The notes under the pieces were generated by a model, which saw only the letters and a list, made by a program, of their open reading frames with translations, searched no databases and was not told where the DNA came from. A DNA stretch of 59,806 nt, counting the filler, from Fonticula-like sp. SCN 57-25 (taxonomy: Eukaryota): NCBI GenBank assembly GCA_001724245.1. It is 11 parts of 11 records of this genome, joined end to end, with 100 filler letters (N's around TTAATTAATTAA, not from the genome) between each part and the next. Parts side by side here need not be neighbours in the genome. Positions count along the whole stretch, not along the records: positions 11,794 to 17,018 come from MEDX01000607.1; positions 17,119 to 22,343 come from MEDX01000608.1; positions 22,444 to 27,662 come from MEDX01000609.1; 8 more parts are not named here. One strand, 5' to 3'. Both the position numbers and the translations under genes were made by a program. Of the stretch, positions 11,895 to 22,473 are shown one piece after another (position 1 is the first letter of the stretch; the number at the start of each line of letters is the position of its first letter).

Positions 11895-14800
11895 ATGGGC
11901 TCGTCGTCATCTGGGCTCGGACAGGGCCCTAATCCCGCCGACGGCATGGGCTACGGGTACGACTCATATGGTGACCAGCATGAGGCTGACGCCACGCGGT
12001 GATCCTAGCGGCATGGTCGGACGCGGCGGTCCGCAGTCGTCGGGGTCGGCGAACCCTGTTCCCCAGGTGGCCCCCGCTGTGTCGACGAGCTCGCAGGCGT
12101 ACCGCCAGCTGAACGTGCGGGACGCCATGCGCTACCTTGATCAGGTCAAGCTGCAGTTTGACCAGCAGCCCGACGTGTACAACCAGTTCCTCGACATAAT
12201 GAAGGAGTTTAAGGCTCAAGTGTACGCCTATTTTGGCTTATATTAAACTGCGCTTTCTGACTCAAGGTGTGCAGCATCGATACGCCCGGTGTGATCCAGC
12301 GCGTCTCGTCGCTCTTCCGCGGCCACCGCGACCTCATCGAGGGCTTCAACACCTTTTTGCCGCCGGGCTTCAAGATTGAGCTGCCCGCCGACGACATGAG
12401 CATGATCACTGTGCACGTTGAGGGATCGCCGCAGGGATCGTTCCAGATCAACCCCAACGCGCCGATGCCGCGTACGCCGCCACTCACAATCCCTTTCGCT
12501 CTTGCCTAACCCTCTGCGCAGTGTCGATGACGTCGTTCCGCATGCAGCCTGCCCCCCCGCAGAACCAGTTTGCCTCTGCCCCGCCCGCCGCGCAAATGGC
12601 CGCGCCGTCGCACCCCTCCTCCTTTGGCGCCGCCACCCGCCGCCAGCCGATCGAGTTCAACCAGGCCATCAACTACGTCAACAAGATCAAGACGCGCTTC
12701 AGCTCGCAGCCCGACATTTACAAGAACTTCCTCGAGATTCTGCACACGTACCAGCGCGAGCAAAAGTCGATCAAGGAGGTGTACGACCAGGTCGCGCAGC
12801 TCTTCCGCAGCCACTCGGACCTCCTCAGCGAGTTTTCCCAGTTTTTGCCCGACACGAGCAGCCCGAGCAGCAGCGCGCAGCTCCTGCAGCCGATGGGCAT
12901 GGGAGGCGTCGGAGGGCGCGGGAATGCGCCGCCGCCGTCCGCGCCGGCGTCGGCCGAGCACTTTATGCAGCCCGTCCGTAACCGCGGCAAGCAGGCTGCG
13001 TCAAAGGTCAAGGGTCGTGCCGGAGTCGCGCAGCTCGCTCAGGCATCGGGCGCTGGAATGGGCGCTGGAATGGGCGTCGGAGGAAAGGTGCGTTATTGGG
13101 TTATTTTTGGTTTGATTTTGGAGCGTTTGTGGGCATTTTGAGACTTTTTGTGACTTTTTTTGTCGCCTTGTGTGATTTTGCATGCCTTTTTCGACCATCA
13201 ACTCACGCTTTCTTGTAGATGCGCGCCCCCGCTGGTGCCTCTGCGATGTACCCCCCCACTGCCGGCAGCCCCTACTACGCGCACAAGCCCGGCGCCGTCC
13301 CTCAGCGCCCCGGCGCCATGGGCATGGGCGGCATGGGCGCCTCCCTCGTGAGCACCGCGATGGCCGCCGGCGCTCCCGCTCACCAGCTCGACGAGATTGA
13401 ATTCTTTGACCGCGTGAAGCGCTCGCTCGGCAACCGCCAGCAGTACAATGAGTTCCTTCGCTGCCTCAACATGTTTTCGCAGGGCATTCTGTCCAAGCAG
13501 GAGCTCGTCGAGCTTGTCGGCAACTTTTTGAGCCGCCACGGTGACCTTTTCGAGTGGTTCAAGCGCTTTGTCAACTACCACGAGCCGCCGGCTGGCTCTG
13601 TCCCCTCTGACCGCCGCCCCCTCCCCGAGATCCCGTCGGTCGACTATAGCAAGCTGCGCCGCCTCGGCTCGAGCTACCGCGCGCTCCCCCGCTCGATGCA
13701 GCAGCCCAAGTGCTCTGGCCGCACCGACCTGTGCGAGGAAGTGCTCAACAATGTGTGGGTGTCTGTCCCGATCTGGTCCGAGGACGCGCCCTTCCTCGCC
13801 TCCAAGAAGAATGTCTACGAGGAGGCCATCTACAAGGCCGAGGACGAGCGCTACGAGCTTGACCACGTGATCGAGGCCAACCTTGCCACGATCCGCGTGC
13901 TCGAGGGCCTTGTCCGCAAGATGCAGACGCTCACGTCTGACCAGCAGAACCGCTTCCGCCTCGGCAACAACCTCGGCGGCACGTCCGAGGTGATCTACCA
14001 CGTGGCGATCCGCCGCGCGTACGGCACGCACGCCACCGAAGTCATCAACGGTCTGAAGCGGAACCCCGTCGTGTCGGTGCCCGTCGTGCTTGCGCGCCTC
14101 ACGCAAAAGGACGACGAGTGGCGCCGCGGGCAGCGCGAGTGGAACAAGATCTGGCGCGACATTTACACAAAGAACTATTTCCGGGCGCTCGACTACCAGG
14201 GCATCAACTTTAAGGGCAATGACAAGAAGACGCTCATGTCGCGCGCGCTCGTGCAGGAGGCCGAGACGCTGCTGCAGGACCAGAGGAAGCGCGCGGAAGG
14301 GTCGCTGTCGGCGCGCCCGCTGCCCCAGTTTGAGTTTGAGATGGGCGACGCCGACTTGCACCGCGACGTGCTGCATATCGTGTCGGCGCACCTCGAAAAG
14401 GTGGGCGGCATTAGCAATGCCGACAAGGACAAGATTGATGTGTTTATTCACTCGTTCTTGGCGCGGTATTTGCGATTGGATGCGGCAAAGTTACCAATGT
14501 CGCGGCAGGCGCAGCAGGCGGCGACGGGTGCGGCCGATAGTGATGGCATGGAAGTCGATGTTACAAGCACGGGGTCGGTCGATCCGGTTCCTGTTAGGCG
14601 TACGTGAAATGTGGATTTTGGGGTGACATTATGATGATTTTTGGTGGGTTTTTGGTGGGTTTTGGTGCCTTTTTGATGATTTTTGGTGACAACTTCATGT
14701 TTTTGTGCCACTTTTCTGCCACTTTTCCACTTTTCCTGACGTGTACTTTAGCGACGCTTGATGCCGCCGTTGATGCTGCGCGCGCCCGCAACGACGCCGA

Positions 14801-16294
14801 GACGCTCTTTGCGAGCAACGTCATGTACACCTTCTTCCGCCTGTACTACTTTTTGTACTCGCGCCTCGGCATGGTCAAGCAGCTCGGCGAGCAGCTCAAG
14901 GACAACCCGCATGGCGCCCGCCGCCTCAACACGGCCGCGCGCAACCTCGGCCTCCAGCACAAGCTCCGTACGTTGATGAGGTTTTTGTGAGGGTTTATGC
15001 TAATATAATGTGCAGAGGAGCAGCCCGAGAACGGATGGTACAGCTTTTTGCTCGAGTTGATCGACCGCTTTGTCGATGGCAAGGTGCGATTTTTGTGTTT
15101 TTTTGTTGCAAAAAATGCATCAAACGAGTATTTTTGCGTCTTTTCTCGTCTTTTTGCTCTTTTTGCTGTCTCTTTGCGCTCATTTTCCATCTTTCCTCTC
15201 TTCCTTTTCCACCTTTTACTGACATCTCCCCACAGCTTGATGCCCAGCGCTTTGAAGACACTGTCCGCGACGTCTTTGGCATTCAGTCCTACCCCCTCGT
15301 CACTGTCGACAAGCTCACGCACGGCCTCCTCAAGCAGATGCACAATGTCGTCGGCGACACTGTCAGCCGCCGCCTCATCGGCCTCTACTTTTCCTCCTAC
15401 GGCATGGAAGCCCCGTCTCTCTTTGTCGTCACCAACGACGAACTGCGCGAGTCGCGCGACGCCCTCGACGCTGACGCCGACAAGGACGCCGAAACTTCCG
15501 CGAGCTCGCGCAAGAAGGAGGAGCGCCGCCGCGACGAGTCGCTCCGCCGCCGCGCTGGCGACCGCACCGACAAGGACAAGGATGATGACGCGATGACGGA
15601 CGGCGCCGCCGCGTCGCCCGCGCTCACTTCTGTCGCGAGTGTCGCTGTTGGCGCTGACGGCAGCGCGTCTGGCGAGCCGCGCGCGCGCATGCCCAACCTG
15701 CGCCGCCCGCAGCTCTACTCTTCGTCGCTCCAGAATGACGAGAGCGCGAGCGAAATCGAGGCCGTTCGCGAGGAAGTTGAGAGCATTATTGGCGGCGAAA
15801 ATGTGTTCAAGATTGATTTCGGCGGCGAAGCGCGTCTTTTGAGCATTCGTCTTTTGCCGCGGCCGCTGTCGGCGCGCTGGAACCAGTCGGAGGGCATGGA
15901 GGCGCGCTGGTCGCAGTATGTCGACCAGTACGTGCGCATGGAGCGCACTGCCCCCGAGCTGGAGCCGAGCTCGCGCGTGTTTTTGCAGCGCGCTTGCAGG
16001 CACCGCGACGAGGCGCGCGACAGCACGCTCATTGTCGCGAACCATCTCGAGTGCAAGATCTGCATGAACACGTACAAGATGTTTTTCGTGGCAAACACGG
16101 AAGACTTTTTGTACCGCCCGCAAAAGGCATTGTCGGTGGAGGAGTTTAAAAAGATGGGCGAGAAGAGGGCGGAAAAGTGGCACCGCTTCTTGGAGGGTGA
16201 GAGCGGGTGGAAGCGCGGCGGCGAAGCCAACGGCGTTGACTTGAGTGTTGGTGTTTCCGCCGCGGCGCCTGTTGCGGAAGTCGCGGCCAACTAA
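11895..16294 (+). CDS. SIN3: SIN3 transcriptional corepressor (PAH1-3, HDAC-interaction domain, C-terminal domain)
   Basis: PAH1 [17 protein letters not shown]...[12 protein letters not shown]...[12 protein letters not shown]2 [28 protein letters not shown]...[18 protein letters not shown]...EDERYELD; C-terminal [21 protein letters not shown]. Several GT-AG introns. Confidence 0.96.
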
Positions 16295-16464
16295 AGATCG
16301 GCGCAAGATCAGCGGTGGTCTTTTCATATATTTACTTGGTTTTATCGCGGAATACAGCACGTATGATGTATCGTATTCTAGGCTAGGCGTAGTATTCTTT
16401 TGTTATATCTGTTGTCTTGACCTGGCCGTGCCTTTTTGTACGCGGTACAATGTATAGCACTCTA

Positions 16465-16625
16465 TCACTTGAGATTGGGTCCACTATTGAACAGATCCTG
16501 GGCCCATAGACACTCTTGGTGTTGATATGGCCTATATAACCATACAGACACTCTTGGTGTTGATATGGACTACAGAATCATATGTACACTCTTGATCTTG
16601 CCGATAGACACTATTGATCCGAGGC
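16465..16625. repeat. Degenerate ~38-nt minisatellite (AGACACTCTTGGTGTTGATATGG core)
   Basis: Two exact 23-nt copies 38 nt apart plus 2-3 decayed copies, downstream of SIN3. Confidence 0.7.
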
Positions 16626-17118
16626 CATGATGATCGGAGCTTCGTTGACCAGAGCAGTTTGATCTGACTTTAAGACAGTCTTTTTGTCGCAATAAACTCA
16701 TAAAATACACTCTTTTAATCCCACTGGCCCGCCTATAATTCTCCCCGCTCTGTCCCCTCTCGCTACATCACGCTAGATGCCGCTCTGCCCTGCTCTGCTC
16801 TCCTCTTCTGGCCCACCTGCTAGTCAACGGTAGGCGGTTTTGTTTGAACCGCCGACCAATCACGGATCGGGAAAGTATTTTTGGGATTTGCACAGGCCTG
16901 CCACAGGCGTGTGCTCTATTTGAGGCTCCATCCGGCCAAATACTCAGTGTTGGCACAAATCAAATATACCGTGGCCTGCCCATATTGTTCAATGCACACC
17001 GATCATAGTGATGAGACGNNNNNNNNNNNNNNNNNNNNNNNNNNNNNNNNNNNNNNNNNNNNTTAATTAATTAANNNNNNNNNNNNNNNNNNNNNNNNNN
17101 NNNNNNNNNNNNNNNNNN

Positions 17119-17941
17119 AGTTTTACTATCAGCTCGTTCCCAAGCGTCTCCCGCAGTTCCCATGGACGCCATGGCCTGCCGCGCCTCAACTGAGGCCCTC
17201 TGCAAGGACGTGGAGCCAAATTCACGCCGCTACGTCCTCTTTCTATCATCGTGAAGCGCGCTGGCGCATGATCAACCGCTGCCACCCGCTGAACTATCGC
17301 CTTTATGAGGCGGACGACCCGCGCACGAATTGCGCACGCGGCTGCCCTGTGCGCGAGACTTACGAGCATGCCTTTTTGGAGTGCCCGGTGGTCCGCTCGC
17401 TATGGGACACTATGTTGACTCGAATCCGTTCGCTGTGGACGCTGCCGCCGATGCCGAGCTTGCTGCAGCTGCTCGTCTCGCCGGACACGATGATATGTTC
17501 GCTTCCGCAGGAGACTCAAAAACGTCTGACGTTTGTTTTGAACTGTGTGGTGAGGCATATCTGGCGTATGCGTCCCTCTGCGTACACCGCTGCGCCCGTT
17601 ACGACCTCTCCGCAACACCTGCTGGCTTCATTCGAGGCCTCCCTCGTGCATGATCTGACCATCATCAAGGCACTCGACCCCTCGCTGGAGACCTGGATCT
17701 CCGCCCTTCGTCCGCTATATAGCGGGTGACCTCTCTTGTTCGTTTTCACTCTCTTGTCTATGTATTATCGTGTGGTCTGCTGTGCTATGCTGTGATGCTG
17801 TGCTATGCGGACAACTGATATGGTGTGTCATCGTTTGTCACGATTTGGTCAGATTTGAGATCTGACTGGATCGTGCAGCAGCCTACCGTTGAGGTCGCTG
17901 CTGGGTGTTGCTCTTTGTAATGCTACAATACATTCTTTAAA
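17119..17941 (+). mobile_element. 3' end of an L1/Tx1-type non-LTR retrotransposon (ORF2 C-terminal zf-RVT knuckle + 3' UTR)
   Basis: Open frame 17121..17729: ...TWSQIH...EARWRMINRCHPLN...CARGCPVRETYEHAFLECPVVRSLW, the Cx2-3C-ET-H-F-CP-W motif of L1-group ORF2. The 3' UTR has a GC hairpin and ends AATACATTCTTTAAA followed by CCCTAA. Confidence 0.85.
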
Positions 17942-17958
17942 CCCTAAACTACTAACCC
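17936..17958 (+). repeat. Left telomere-like inverted terminus TTTAAACCCTAAACTACTAACCC
   Basis: Matches the reverse complement of 22237..22259 at 20 of 23 positions, with the first 12 perfect. Confidence 0.7.
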
Positions 17959-18085
17959 CTCCAGCGAAGATGAACTATAAATGCAGTTGTAAAAGCTTTA
18001 ATATATTGTCTTTCCCCCGTACTACAAACTCACTGCGAGTGACCGGCGAACGCACCCAACAAGTTGAAGATCCTTCATCGGTTCT

Positions 18086-19696
18086 TCATTTCGTTCTGTT
18101 CGGCCAGATCAGCTTGAGAAGCATTTCTTGGCGAGTCACGAATTCCTCTTCCTTCCCTCTCAGGACGTTAGCTTCCGCTAGGAGCTTGACACTGCCTTCC
18201 ACAACTTCCTCAGCGGCAGAGACACGGAAGGAGCAAGCGGTCGCCAGCACGGCGCCATTGACAATCTCGGCCATGCAGAAACACCAGTAGGAGGGCGCCG
18301 ACGGGTGCGTGGCGACAGCGTGGCATACCTCAATGAGGCGGGATTCATCTCGACGTAAGAGCACGATATGAGCAGCAAGTTTCATGCCGTACACGAAGTT
18401 CCCGAATCCGGGGTACACATGTTGGTACGAAATGAAATCCGGCAGCCGGCTGAGACACTGGCCCTTCACAGGCACCATGGACATCTGGGCCGAACCAGAT
18501 GAAGCGGCAGCGGCGGTGAAATCCGGAGCCACAGCGGCATTTTGATTAATGGATTCCAGCTGTCCGGACATTGCTACGCCCAGCAACTGCAATAACTTTT
18601 CCACTGTGGGGTGCAGCTCGCAGCTCGCCGACGCGGGAATGACAAGCTGGGAGACATCCGCCGAAGCGGCGGGCCACTGGAGCGGGATCCACGTGGTGGT
18701 TGCACTTGCTGTAGAATCCAACTCAGAGACGACGTCCACGGTGACCACGAAGTGGAGGTCGAACATGCTGAAGCAGGCCAGATATGGGCAAGGCTGAAAT
18801 TCGCTCAGCGGCGATACAAACGAGCGCACGTTGCTGTAGCGCACGAAATCGGCCATACTTGCCGGTTTCCACCCTTCGGCCGTTGGAGTCGGTGCCGCCG
18901 TGACGAATAGCTTGAAGGTCGGAGCTGCCACGTTCTCCGGATTTGCGACGTTAGCTCGAAGTGCGTTCTGATGAACAATGTGGCTACACAGGAAACGTCG
19001 CAGCGCTTTCTCGAGATCCATGAGCCCGCTCAGAACCAAACTTCTACGTTCGATTGTGTCCGCCACTGCGAAGTACTTCTCGCAGTCGTGCACAATTCGG
19101 CGCCAGAGAATTGCGGCCACGGCCACCCAGAGCCAGTGGCCGTAGTCGTAGGTGCCTGTCACGCCCGGATTCGCCTTGCGAGCCTGCAATATAGGCTTTA
19201 GTTTCCCTTCGCATTCCCCAGTGACTCCCTCGCAGGATACCAACTTCGTGCAGTCTGCCATCTTGTCTGTGCGGCAGCACAGGTAATCCTTCACTTTATC
19301 CGGCGCCACAATTCTCCCGTCCTTGAGATGCTTCCCCCCTCCACCCAGCTCCATGAGCAGGCAGTTGGACTCGATGTGGCTGCCTGCGATGAAGACGGCG
19401 AGGTCGCCTTTTCCGTCGGCCGACGGCATCGTGGTGCGCCAGCAGAGGCCACAGTACGAAGGAAGAATGTCGCGAGTGTTGAGCCGAGCACTGGTCAGCA
19501 GGAGCTCCGAGTACAATGCAGGATCGGCGTCCATCATCTGCAGCGGACTGGTGGTCTTCACTACCGTCAGCGCTGCATCGTTGAGCTCCTTCATAATTTT
19601 GCCGGCACCGGCAGATGATTTCAAGACCTTCGCTGCTGCGCCGACCGCCGACTGCAGACGAACGCGGGGAGAGGTTGAGGAGGAGGTGAAACTCAT
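18086..19696 (-). CDS. Intronless protein with a putative HNH/His-Me-finger nuclease-like domain
   Basis: Probable ATG at 19696. Motifs YCGLCW...GSHIE...KDYLCC...SCEGVTGECE...YGHWLWVAVAAILWR resemble the CxLC-SHI-LLCxxCE-WLxxxxxSxxWR pattern of bacterial-type HNH-family proteins. Confidence 0.55.
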   Translation of the reverse strand: MSFTSSSTSPRVRLQSAVGAAAKVLKSSAGAGKIMKELNDAALTVVKTTSPLQMMDADPALYSELLLTSARLNTRDILPSYCGLCWRTTMPSADGKGDLAVFIAGSHIESNCLLMELGGGGKHLKDGRIVAPDKVKDYLCCRTDKMADCTKLVSCEGVTGECEGKLKPILQARKANPGVTGTYDYGHWLWVAVAAILWRRIVHDCEKYFAVADTIERRSLVLSGLMDLEKALRRFLCSHIVHQNALRANVANPENVAAPTFKLFVTAAPTPTAEGWKPASMADFVRYSNVRSFVSPLSEFQPCPYLACFSMFDLHFVVTVDVVSELDSTASATTTWIPLQWPAASADVSQLVIPASASCELHPTVEKLLQLLGVAMSGQLESINQNAAVAPDFTAAAASSGSAQMSMVPVKGQCLSRLPDFISYQHVYPGFGNFVYGMKLAAHIVLLRRDESRLIEVCHAVATHPSAPSYWCFCMAEIVNGAVLATACSFRVSAAEEVVEGSVKLLAEANVLRGKEEEFVTRQEMLLKLIWPNRTK

Positions 19697-19937
19697 GGCA
19701 GTAGAACTTGGGGGAGGGCAGCAAAGGAGACAGCGACGCAGGCTCTCGTCTTGCACTGGGGGTGCAGAGCCCCAAACCGGTTCTACCCCCCATCTTTCAG
19801 ATTGTCCAATCACATCGCCGCTCTCTTAGGGCCAAATTATCTGTGCTACACCCAATCGCGTGTGAGGGTCGTGCTACGTCAAATCCGAAATGAATTAAGG
19901 GTACTGTATCGTGTGTTCGTCGCGCATCGGGAATATC

Positions 19938-21701
19938 ATGTCCAGAAGCGATGAAATATCAGACACCATCAGGCGCCTGCTACAATACGAGGAGGTTACG
20001 GTGAATGACGAAGGTTGGGCGTCGTTAGCCTCGCTGGGGTCGGCCATTCGCAATGAGGGATACGTTTTCCCGGGAAAGTTAAAATCCTATTTGAGGACGT
20101 TTGACTGGCTTGAGTTGGGTATAGTTGGCGGTAGCAAATGGTATGTGCGCCTATGTGACGGCAGTGATACCGAACAATCGTCTTCGCCGGCCGTCTCGCC
20201 GGCCATCTCTCCCCTTGTGATGATGTCTACCAACCCATTTGCAGGTAGACTTGCGCCTGCTGAAACATCACCCGGCACCACTCTTGGTGCGCCCATTTGT
20301 TCTGCTCCATTCATTGTGGCACCTGTGGAATATCCTGCCTTTTCCAACGGCACGTTTGCTTCTCGATCCCCTATCAAGTTTGTCGAACTCCTTAGACAAA
20401 TGTCAGTCCCCTCCTCTGAATCTGCTGCCACGTTGCCCGGGTCCTTTGCTTCGTCACCTCTTCGACCGACCAAAGCGCGCCATCTCATTGTGGGTCGAGC
20501 GCCGGCAACTCGCGGCCATTTTGGCACCCTGCCTAAGAGTCCCGGCTATGCGTCGCCTGTAGATGGCGACTATGTGTCGCTCAACACGTCGCTTCCTTTT
20601 TGCCTGCTGACGGTTGGCCTTCAGGGCGCGGGCAAGTCGCACAGCCTTGCTGTGACCATGGAAAACTGTCTTGCTCACACTCCGCCCGTGCCGACTATTA
20701 TTTTTCACTTTGACAAGGACGAAACAAACGTTTGCGAGGCTGCAACCGTTGCGTTCTCCAAAAACGCTAATCGCAGTCTCGTTGTCTTTGTGTCGCCATC
20801 ATATTTCAAGCAACGCAAGGCGTACTATAGTGGCACTCCTAGCTGCACAGTTTTGCCGCTGGTATTTCGATGGCGGACTCTCACGGCCTCGTTCTTGCGC
20901 AGTTTGATGCGCATTAGCGTGGACGACAAGATGCCTCTGTATATGACGGGCCTGCTCGAGGAGCTCCGCTCGTTCCAAAAGGCGGACCGCAAGATGAGCT
21001 ACGCCGAATTCCGTGCGAAACTGGAAGAAGACAGCGGCAAGCTATTGTCTAGCCAGTCGTCACCCCTTGCGCAGCGCCTCGCATTGCTAGACGCATTCGT
21101 TGCCGAGTCGGAGCAGAACTCGGAGTTGCTCGCCATTGTTGACCAGTGCAACGGTGATGTGGAAACAATACTGGCGAACCAGGCCGAGCCGTGTCTGGTC
21201 GTTTTTGATCTAACGGACCCGTTGCGCACTGGTGAAGAGGCAAATGGTATCTTCCAGGTCGTCCTCGGCATGTTTCAACGGATTCCGGCCGAGCGCCTCA
21301 AGCTGGTTGTTTTTGACGAAGCGCACAAGTACCTTAATCAGAACGGCGATGACGAGCTTAGTAAAACCATAACAGAGATTGCGCGCGAAATGCGCCACAA
21401 TGGAACTGCCTTGGCTGTTTCCACACAGTCCCCTCGCACGCTCCCTTCCGAGCTCCTCGAGCTTGCATCCATTGTTCTCATGCACCGATTCTCATCTCCC
21501 GATTGGTTCAACGTTCTCAAGCAGCGACTCCCCATCCAGGACACAGATTTTCCGCGCATCCAAAACCTTGACACAGGCCAAGCCTTGGCATTCAGTCTGT
21601 ACTGGGCGTTGGAGCAAGGGACGATTACCCACAACGTGCACCTCATCCAAGTTCGCCCGCGATACACAATTGATGCAGGCAAGACACGCACTTTTACCTA
21701 G
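19938..21701 (+). CDS. Intronless LOTUS/OST-HTH + HerA/FtsK/VirB4-like P-loop ATPase
   Basis: N-terminal DEGWASLASLGSAIR...KLKSYLRTFDWLEL...WYVRL (OST-HTH/LOTUS-like); Walker A GLQGAGKS; Walker B LVVFDEAHKYL; HerA-type REMRHNG...VSTQSP...MHRFSSPDW; C-terminal RPRYTIDAG. Confidence 0.8.
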   Translation: MSRSDEISDTIRRLLQYEEVTVNDEGWASLASLGSAIRNEGYVFPGKLKSYLRTFDWLELGIVGGSKWYVRLCDGSDTEQSSSPAVSPAISPLVMMSTNPFAGRLAPAETSPGTTLGAPICSAPFIVAPVEYPAFSNGTFASRSPIKFVELLRQMSVPSSESAATLPGSFASSPLRPTKARHLIVGRAPATRGHFGTLPKSPGYASPVDGDYVSLNTSLPFCLLTVGLQGAGKSHSLAVTMENCLAHTPPVPTIIFHFDKDETNVCEAATVAFSKNANRSLVVFVSPSYFKQRKAYYSGTPSCTVLPLVFRWRTLTASFLRSLMRISVDDKMPLYMTGLLEELRSFQKADRKMSYAEFRAKLEEDSGKLLSSQSSPLAQRLALLDAFVAESEQNSELLAIVDQCNGDVETILANQAEPCLVVFDLTDPLRTGEEANGIFQVVLGMFQRIPAERLKLVVFDEAHKYLNQNGDDELSKTITEIAREMRHNGTALAVSTQSPRTLPSELLELASIVLMHRFSSPDWFNVLKQRLPIQDTDFPRIQNLDTGQALAFSLYWALEQGTITHNVHLIQVRPRYTIDAGKTRTFT

Positions 21702-22215
21702 CACTGTAACGTATCATGGCCATGACGATATTAATCAGACATGGGCTAGTTTTGTTTCAGGGTCCATTTGGTTTCAAAATCCGGATTTTATTGTAAGCGG
21801 TTGAAATCCAGCAGGATTCCAAAAGGGTAGGTCTAAGCATCATCGACTTTATTTTGATCGATGATGCGGGGCCGTCAGTATCATCCAAATTTTGAACGGC
21901 TCATTCCTAGAGTATTAGAAGATCTGCGATTCAACCAAATTTCAACCAAATTCGATCAGAAATGGGTTACCAGTGGCCACGTATGACGAAAATCAATCAA
22001 ATTCGGCCACTTAGTCGGTTAAAGCTAACGGAATTTCAAAGCAAATTTGGTTGAAACTTGAAATTCGGATGCGGATGGACGAGCCGCAAGATGACGACGT
22101 CGCTGATCGTCGACGTGCTGCCAGCGAGGATGCAGTCGGCGCTACTGCTACGTCGCCGGTACCAGCAAGTCAAGCCGAACGTGCTAGTAGTGCCACTGGC
22201 AGTGGACGCAACGTG

Positions 22216-22259
22216 TTAGGGTTAGGGTTAGGGTTAGGGTTAGGGGGTTAGGGTTTAAA
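22216..22259 (+). repeat. Interstitial telomeric tract (TTAGGG)5-GG-TTAGGG-TTTAAA
   Basis: Directly visible; followed by ~85 nt of non-telomeric sequence. Confidence 0.95.
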
Positions 22260-22473
22260 ATAGTGTATTAAAGTGCTATGCACCGGACGGGGACCGCAGT
22301 AGCCCGCCCTTACAAAAGAAACGATTTAAATCATGCAAGATCTNNNNNNNNNNNNNNNNNNNNNNNNNNNNNNNNNNNNNNNNNNNNTTAATTAATTAAN
22401 NNNNNNNNNNNNNNNNNNNNNNNNNNNNNNNNNNNNNNNNNNNTATCTATTTGTTGTTCTAATTTCTTGAAAG

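Noticed and set aside
16465-16625. 23-nt direct repeats with short spacers resembling a CRISPR array
   Set aside because: Only two exact copies, 15-nt similar spacers, eukaryotic context and no cas genes; it is a decayed minisatellite.
17936-22259. piggyBac or Kolobok assignment based on the TTAA-containing flanks
   Set aside because: The ends are TTTAAA|CCCTAA rather than TTAA|CCC or TTAA|RR, and no DDE transposase is encoded.
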